From Octopus sinensis (lineage: Eukaryota): DNA of 64,000 nt. The stretch is taken from assembly GCF_006345805.1 (NCBI RefSeq), contig NC_043007.1, positions 69,130,001 to 69,194,000 on the forward strand, written 5' to 3'. The notes beneath the pieces were generated by a model. It did not search any database. It was not told the DNA's origin and was given only the letters and a program-made list of their open reading frames with translations. Made by a program: the position numbers and the translations under genes. This document shows, one piece after another, positions 56,218-64,000 of this stretch (position 1 is the first letter of the stretch; the number at the start of each line of letters is the position of its first letter).

Positions 56218-56650
56218 CAAGCATGTCTGCAAGTGTAGAAAGATATATAAGGAGAGATAAACAAACAGCGAAATTCAGGGCTGAGAAACCTACAAGCAGC
56301 CAGAAATTATTTTTCAGAGCTATCCATTACTCATCACCTGTTCCAGCTTTGATCCCGTTGCATATGCATGCTATTTAACTAGATTTAAACTAGCCATATC
56401 CACCCGACACTTCAAATTAAAACGAAAGCTCCCACATCAAAAAGATCTTCCTTACTTATATATGTTTGTCTAACATCTGGAAGACATTGCGCCAAGAGAT
56501 GTGATATCCTATTTTACAAGAATATAAAGTCCTTACGGAATACACAGCTTAACTCTTACACGTCCTCTGACCAATCAAGATAACTACAGCAACCAAACGT
56601 TAAGCGTTGTGTGAGAGAGAACGAAGGCACTGATGATGATGATGATGGCA

Positions 56651-56742
<92 letters not shown>

Positions 56743-56939
56743 AATAATAATAATAATAATAACAAACAATTTTCGTATGGTATTTTAGGCATTCACTAGT
56801 ACAACACTAAGTACAAAACCAAATATATGGCACCCTAGGCATAACACCAACATGAACTTCCAACTTGTTGTCTCTTGAGGTCTCTGGGTGAGACTTGGAG
56901 CCAGCTTGTGCAAATGTAAAGCAAAAGTCAAACAAACAT

Positions 56940-56979
<40 letters not shown>

Positions 56980-56995
56980 TAATACTAATAATAAT

Positions 56996-57545
56996 GCCCT
57001 GATGCAGTACCAGGCGTGGCTCTCATGGTTTCTGATCTTAACTGATTGGAAGTGTGTATCATGTACATTTGTTTGTCTTGGTATAACAGATGGGCTACAG
57101 CAAATATTCTGCTCAATACCACAGATTTGCTTGTCAGTTGTTTGACCTTAACCAGTTGAGCATGTCCCTAGTGGCTGACAATATGTGCATCTCTGATCAC
57201 GAGCAGAAGTAGTGGAGGAGCATCATAGCCATGTGTTGAGAGGGATTCTTTGGGATTTGAATAGTTCACCTCTGGAAACATGGGTGGTCTTTCAATATCC
57301 TTAACAACCCTTATTCAGGGACCGTTTGAGCGGGATGGGCTACTCAACCTGAAGAAAATTCTAACTGGGCCCCACCTGCAAGGTCATGTGCTGTTTATCT
57401 TGATATGAGATCACCATGTCGCGCACTATGGTTTGTGATGCTGTGCTGGTGTACCTTTATCAGACGGGTAGTCATGGATGGGTATATTGGGCTTCGTATA
57501 TTTTACCCCAGTGTCACTTTGATGGCATGAACTGCTCTCTCACTC
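56996..57545. mobile_element. Non-coding 550-bp element inserted in a (TAA)n tract
   Basis: A GC-richer complex block with sharp edges and (taa)n on both sides. The adjacent 56780-56940 resembles a LINE 3' UTR with a TAA tail. Confidence 0.55.
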
Positions 57546-57587
<42 letters not shown>

Positions 57588-57588
<1 letters not shown>

Positions 57589-57798
57589 GTTTCAAATTTT
57601 GGCACAAGAGCAGCCATTTGTGGAGAAGAGATGAGTGGATTACATCAACCCAGTGTTTCACTGGCACTTAGTTTATCGACGTCGAAAGGATGAAAGACAA
57701 AGTCAACCTCGTCGCAATTTGAACTCAGAATGTAATGACAGGCGAAATACCCCTAGGTATTTCGTCCAGCGCACAAAGGATTCTGACAGGTCATTGCC

Positions 57799-57865
<67 letters not shown>

Positions 57866-59135
57866 TAATAATAATAACAATAATAACAACAACAACAACA
57901 TTATTATTATTATTACTATTATAATAACAATGATAATGGTTTCAAAATGCCACAAAGGCAGCAATTTCGGGGTAGGGGATGAGTCGATGACATCGACCCC
58001 AGTGTTCAACTAGAACTTATTTTATTGACCCCGAAACAATGAAAGGGAAAGTCGACCTCGGCGAAATTTGAACTCAGAACATAGCGACAGGCGAAATACG
58101 GCTTAGCATTTTGCCCGGCGTGATAACGAATCTACCAGCTCGCCGCCTTAATAATGAAAATATTATTGTTAATAATATTATTAATAACAATAATCTTTTC
58201 TGCTATAGACACATATCCTGAAATTTTGGAGGAGTGGGGTTATCGATTACATCGACCCCAGTGCCCAACTGATCATTTTTTTCAAATCAACCTAAAGGGA
58301 AGGAGAGGCAAAATCGACGTCGGTGGAATTTGCACTTAGAACATAATGAGCCTGAAGAAATGCCGCTAAGCATTTTGTCCGAGGTGCTAACGATTCTGTC
58401 AACTCACCACCTTAATTATTGTTTCTACTATAATCACAAGGCTGGCAATTTTTGAAGGAGGAAGAAAGTGGATCACATCGACCTCAATACCTAACTGCTA
58501 CTTAATTTTATCAACTCCGAAAGGTTAAAAGATAAAGGTGATTTTAGCAGGATTTAAACTCAGCACTTAAGGTACTGGAACAATACCGCAAAGCATTAGT
58601 TCTGACTTGCTAATGATTTTCCTAGTTTGTTGCCTTCAAACCAACAATATTCTTGCTTGACTTGTACTTATTTTATCGACACCGAAAGAATGAAAAGTAA
58701 AGTCGGCCGCAGCACGTAACCTGGCGGAAGAAATGCTGCTAAACATTTTGTCCGGTGCTTTAAATTTTGAGCGAATGGGTTTTAGTCGATTCCATCGTCA
58801 ACTCTTCTTCACTTGTACCCTAATTTATCGAACGTACCCTAATTTATCGAGCCCCAGAAGGATGAAACTCAAAGTTGACCTCGACGTACATAAAATATCG
58901 ATTACTTAATTCTGAGAATTTTAATTTAATATTTTTTCGTCCTATGCTTTATATTGCACGTTAATTATTTTTTTCTGCTCCTTGGAGTAAACGGAACAGG
59001 AAGAAATGGAAACAAAGATGTTATTCTGCTTCCGTATCACTGGTTTCAAATTTTGGCTCAAGGCCAGCAATTTCGGGATACGTCAATTCCAGTACTCAGC
59101 TGGTACTCATTTTATCGATCGTGAAAGGATGAATT
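57588..59135 (-). repeat. Cluster of minus-strand family-A SINE copies
   Basis: At least six successive degenerate copies in the same orientation, separated by (TAA)n or (TTA)n. Confidence 0.8.
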
Positions 59136-59175
59136 TCTATTTCCGTACTATAAAGTGAAAAATTATATTCATAGT

Positions 59176-59591
59176 GCAGTTGTATACTGTCAACTTAAAG
59201 TGACAGTCCCATAAAGGGAATCACCCCACCGCTATTTAGCCCTAGGAGGCATCGACGCTTCCTGTCGGCCTTGACACATTTCCTGTGTCCTTATGTTTAC
59301 AAGGGAGAGACAAGCACCCCATCCAGCTAAGCCTGCATCCAGAGACATGTTTCTGAGTCTTGTTCGTCATCAGTCTGGAGTAGCATGGCTTGCTAGCTGC
59401 AGATGTTTGTCTAGACATTGCAAACGTATATAATTTCAGTGAAGGCCGACAGGAAGCGTTGATGCTTCCTAGGGCTAAATAGTGGTGTGATTCCCTTTAC
59501 GGCACTGTCACGTTAAGTTGACAGTATACAACTGCTCAATCGCTCCACCGCTGCTTATATCTCTCTGAGATATTTAGAAATTTAATATTTC
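59176..59591. mobile_element. Hammerhead-bearing fold-back element
   Basis: Inverted arms 59176-59272 and 59442-59535. 12-bp TSD tatattcatagt at 59164-59175 and 59592-59603. Confidence 0.85.
59338..59379 (-). ncRNA. Minimal type I hammerhead ribozyme motif
   Basis: TCCAGA CTGATGA C GA-acaagac-TC A GAAAC AT GTC TCTGGA. 6-bp stem I, intact core, GUC site, palindromic ACATGT stem III, weak stem II. Confidence 0.75.
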
Positions 59592-60583
59592 TATATTCAT
59601 AGTATTATGGAAACCTGAAAAATGTATGAAATACGTAAACCGCCATTTTGTAAAGGAATATTTCAAAACAGTTTTGGATGCTGACAAGCTTCCATTATTC
59701 CGAGTTAACTCATTTGGACGATTTCAGTTTTGCGAACACTGTAAAAATGGATCTAATTACAAAGCGATTAAAGCATCCGCTTCGCAAGCATGCAGTCTTG
59801 AGTTCAGTTCTACTGCAAAGTACTTTGTACAGCTACCTTCTACCAAAATTTCGTGCTAGTTAATAACTTTTGAGCAATATTTATTGGACTGTAATTGCGT
59901 AGAAACCCATCGCATGTATATACGTGTGTGTGTGTGTGTGTGCGCGCGCGCTGGTGTGTTTGGTTACAACGAAAGCATCTACAATTCAACTCAGAAAAAA
60001 GTATCACAGAAGAATTCGTGGACGTTCAAGCCTGATGGTTAGGCTCGCATGACATATGCGTATGAACTTACATGAGACAAAGGACTGCACACTGTCTCAA
60101 AGTTAGCACGCACAAACTCATTTCACACAGCTTCGTGGAAAATTTGCTCTGGCGTTGGAGTCGACGACCATAAGTTATATGGCGTAGACTAAAAAGAAAG
60201 AAGAGTTCAAATTCTGTTGAGGTCGACCTTACTTTTCATTCCTTTCGGGGTCGATAAAATAATTACCAGAGGAGAACAGGAGTAGATGCAATCGACTGTC
60301 CGGCTTCCCTAAAATAACTGGCCTTGAGCGAAAATTTGAGTCAATTATTGATCATCTAGTTAATGATTTTAACCAATTAACAACTCGACTGTTTGATTAA
60401 TAGTACGATCAGTTAATCAATTATGTGCGTTAGAGTCCTTTCAACATCATTTGGTCCTCATCATTAACACAATATCTCTACTCCACGAATGTTCCAGTTC
60501 TGTTTCCAGACAGCTTATTATTTGAATGACTGAACGGTTTATCAAAGAATCGATTAACTAATTTGGTTAAATGGTTGACTAGT

Positions 60584-60710
<127 letters not shown>

Positions 60711-61536
60711 TAATAATAATAACAATAATAATAATAATAATAATAATAATAAGGGATGTGAAATAGAACCAGTGTGTGCTTATTATTGATATAATGACCC
60801 ACCCAAAATACACCCCCTCCCCCACAAAAAAAAAAGAAATGGAATAGTCATTGCTAAGAATGCCTTTGATGATAAACCAACTCAATGGGAGCAAATCTGG
60901 GGTTAAAAAGCAGCAGCACCAGCATCACCATCATCAACAACACGACCGTATCGTTCGTTAAATTTCATTTACAAACAGATGTTAACACTGTGAGGATATT
61001 TTCTTACGGAAATTTCTTTGAAATATTTCAGTATTTTGTAAAAGACGGAAGAAGTTGCAGCTGTACATATATTGATGTTTGTTATTATTTTGTAAGTTTT
61101 TTTTTTGGTGTGATTTACACGAGTGTTTTGTGTTTATTTTTTTATGTTGTTCAATGTTGTTTCTTTATTTTATTTTTTTTATTTTTTATTGTTATTTATT
61201 ATCATTATTATTTTATTTCTTTTCTTCCTTTTTTGCTATGTCAGATTTTGTTTTTAATGTGTTGTTTCGTGTTTGTTTTGTTTCGTTCTTTTTGTTCTGC
61301 GTCTGAATGTATATCAATCATATGGTGAAGAAAGAATTTTGCAACGTTTTATGCTTCATATATATATATATATTATACGAACACATATACACATATATAT
61401 AATGCGTATATATATGTAAGTGCCCATGTATGTATGCACAGAGAAAGTGAAGGGTACAAAAATAGATGAATAAAGAATTTGCAAGCGTACATAGATGCAC
61501 ATATGCATAGCTACACAGATACAAATGCATACATAA

Positions 61537-61594
<58 letters not shown>

Positions 61595-61731
61595 CATATA
61601 TACATACACGCACGCACGCACTCCGGCACGTTCTCTTCATGAGATTTCGATGGGAGATTGGATCTTAACCATCATCCAGCATTAGCATTCTCTCCATGCG
61701 GTTGTGCAGAGATTTAACATATATATATATA

Positions 61732-62651
61732 TAAAGTAAAAAGTAAAAGAGTCAAAAGGAAGAGTATGTACGGTTGGGCAGCTTTTTAGTCGGTACAAAT
61801 GTTTCGATACATACAGGTCCTCGTATATACAGGATTTAAAGTTAAGTTTATATTAAACTAGCAGTATCGCCCGGCGTTGCTCGGGTTTGTAAGGGAAATA
61901 ACTATATAAGCATTTTTAGAGAGTTACTTCCTTTATAGATACCAATTCGGGCTTTCTTAGCCATTTCTGTTTTGGTGTCTTCAAGCCATGAAGTCGTTGT
62001 TCTAAAAGAACGCTGGTCTCCTTGACAACGCTTTACGACGTTGATTTCCTTAAACTCCTTCCCCACAGCTTCACGAGGAGGGAAGAAGGGGAGAAGCAAA
62101 CAGGTGCAGGTGTGACCATGGACGCCAACTCCGCCGCCATCGACACACGAAAAATTATGCATTAAAATGGAATAAAAAATGATGTTAAATTATTTTTAAA
62201 ATCGTAGACTCATCGTAGACGCGCGTTAATACTTAGACGGGCTCGATATGAATTACGACTATAAGATACCCGAATTTGGTTAAACTGCACCGCAAAATGT
62301 GGGAGTAGTTAGGAATCTAAATCGAAGGGGACAAACACTCACACAACTACAGTTTTATATATATAGATTATGTAACGATTTACCTATACAAGAAGATCTA
62401 TATGAATCTCCCCGCCATGGATGTTGTAGCTTGGAAATCTAAATTTACTTACGGAGACAGCAACTGAGTATCGCCTGAAGAGATACACATAGACCTTCTT
62501 GTACAGGTAAATCTTGACATAACTTAATTTAAACTTAACTTTAAATCCTGTATATGTGAGGATCTGCATGTATCGAAGCATTTGTAGCGATGATTAAAAA
62601 GGTGTCTAACCGTACTTACGCTTCCTTTTGACTCTTTTACTTTTTACTTTT
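61732..62651. repeat. Long inverted repeat whose left arm is split by a Helitron
   Basis: 61732-61857 plus 62368-62410 is the reverse complement of about 62480-62651. Confidence 0.9.
61858..62367 (-). mobile_element. Non-autonomous Helitron
   Basis: Minus strand 5' TCTATATATATAAAA through a subterminal hairpin to CTAG 3'. Inserted between A and T with no TSD, as judged against the uninterrupted opposite arm. Confidence 0.85.
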
Positions 62652-62786
62652 TATTTCATACACGAAGAATACCTATACTAGAATTGGTAGCATACCATAA
62701 GAATACTACCGTCTATTTAGGAATTCTAATGATGAACGAGCTCTATTTGTACTCTTATACGTTCTTAACACAGAACACACCTCAAC

Positions 62787-62857
<71 letters not shown>

Positions 62858-62871
62858 CGTTTGTATATATA

Positions 62872-62906
<35 letters not shown>

Positions 62907-64000
62907 ATATATGTATATATATATATATAAAGTAAAAGGCTTTTAAAAATCTAGGCAGTTATGTATAAAGCATCACTGTTAAACGCAGTTATTTAAGAAT
63001 ATCCGAGAACTAGATACCAATTGCAAAAATGCAAGTAGAATAAACATCCATGTTAATTCCTCATGAATGGCAAGTAAACCCCAATTTTGTTTTGATGAAT
63101 ATTTAGAAATTTGGAGTTTAAGACAACAAAATAAGAATGGAGAAAATCACAACTTAAATTGGTAGTTATACCATACAATACCAACAATCGTTTCTGTTAT
63201 GTCAGCATATTTAGATACAGAAAATACTAGCGAAACTAATATATTCGAAAATATATTAACTCAACCTTGTCAAGGCAATCGAAAATTGGTTAACTTCAAA
63301 GTGAATACAAAAAGAAAAAAAAAGAAAAAGTAGAAGATCGCATACAAAAAGAACGTGAAGAAGATATATAACATCCTAATAAAAGTCAGTTTAGTATTTA
63401 ACTTCTTTTGGCGTCACAAAAGAATAAAAATTAAGCATAAGCATTCTACATTACTACAGTTAGAAACGCTGGAATTCTACAACACAGCAACTAGTTATCT
63501 ATCTACTAAATATACTAAACAATTTTTAGAAAAATTAAACCTATTATATTATATGAAAAACCAGTTATAATTAATGAGTTATGCAGAATTGAAACCATTA
63601 AATGCTTTTCTATATTTGTGAGAACATTTCAATGAAAAATTACCAGTATAATTCAATTATATTAATTTAGAAATAATTATATAATACATTTTATCAGAGC
63701 AAAGATCACATTTAAAGTTACCAGTATTGTACGATGGTGCGTGTCTAATAATGAACCACTTTAAATCAAACGTTAATGTTCCTATCTTTTAAATCCCAAA
63801 TGTATTTGCTAAGATTCGTAGAATTACATTTTTGTACTTAAATGAATGAGAGTGATTATGAAATCTAGATTTTCTGAACTAGATTTTGATACCCTAAGTA
63901 AAAGTAATTCTGACTGATTATACAGTTAAGTTAACACCTTGTAATAATATTAATTATAACTCTACTTGACAACCTGTGTTAGCTTGCTTACATCCCCGTA

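Noticed and set aside
59176-59535. Classification as a cut-and-paste MITE
   Set aside because: The TSD lies 56 bp beyond the right arm and is 12 bp long, and the arm extent differs from the related 43-kb element. This fits a retro-type insertion better.
59626-59863. Short non-repetitive ORFs (77 and 61 aa)
   Set aside because: No recognisable motif or convincing splice context, and the lengths are within chance expectation.

Overview
AT-rich, microsatellite-saturated eukaryotic DNA. The SINE families and repeat density point to a coleoid cephalopod, most likely Octopus (inference). The only host protein-coding sequence I can support is two internal minus-strand exons of a Wnt2 gene (12756-13033, 278 bp; 9515-9779, 265 bp). 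I did not find the upstream exons or the terminal exon, so most of the window is probably intron, and a 100-N gap at 35088-35187 interrupts it. The remainder is repeats: at least four tRNA-derived SINE families (some very young, with TSDs), Tc1 and mariner relics, a hAT-type MITE, non-autonomous Helitrons, fragments of R4/Dong-like, RTE and CR1/L2-group LINEs, and a Penelope-like GIY-YIG element. Most ORFs in the track are microsatellite artefacts. The most notable signal is about ten hammerhead-ribozyme motifs, intact to degenerate. Several lie inside short non-coding fold-back elements. Two related elements (43.1-44.0 kb and 59.2-59.6 kb) have 12-13 bp TSDs, asymmetric inverted arms, covarying stem I and a shared non-canonical C.A at the base of stem II. 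Also notable is a three-way TAG/GAG/CAG splice-acceptor choice at the Wnt2 exon that carries the lipidated serine.
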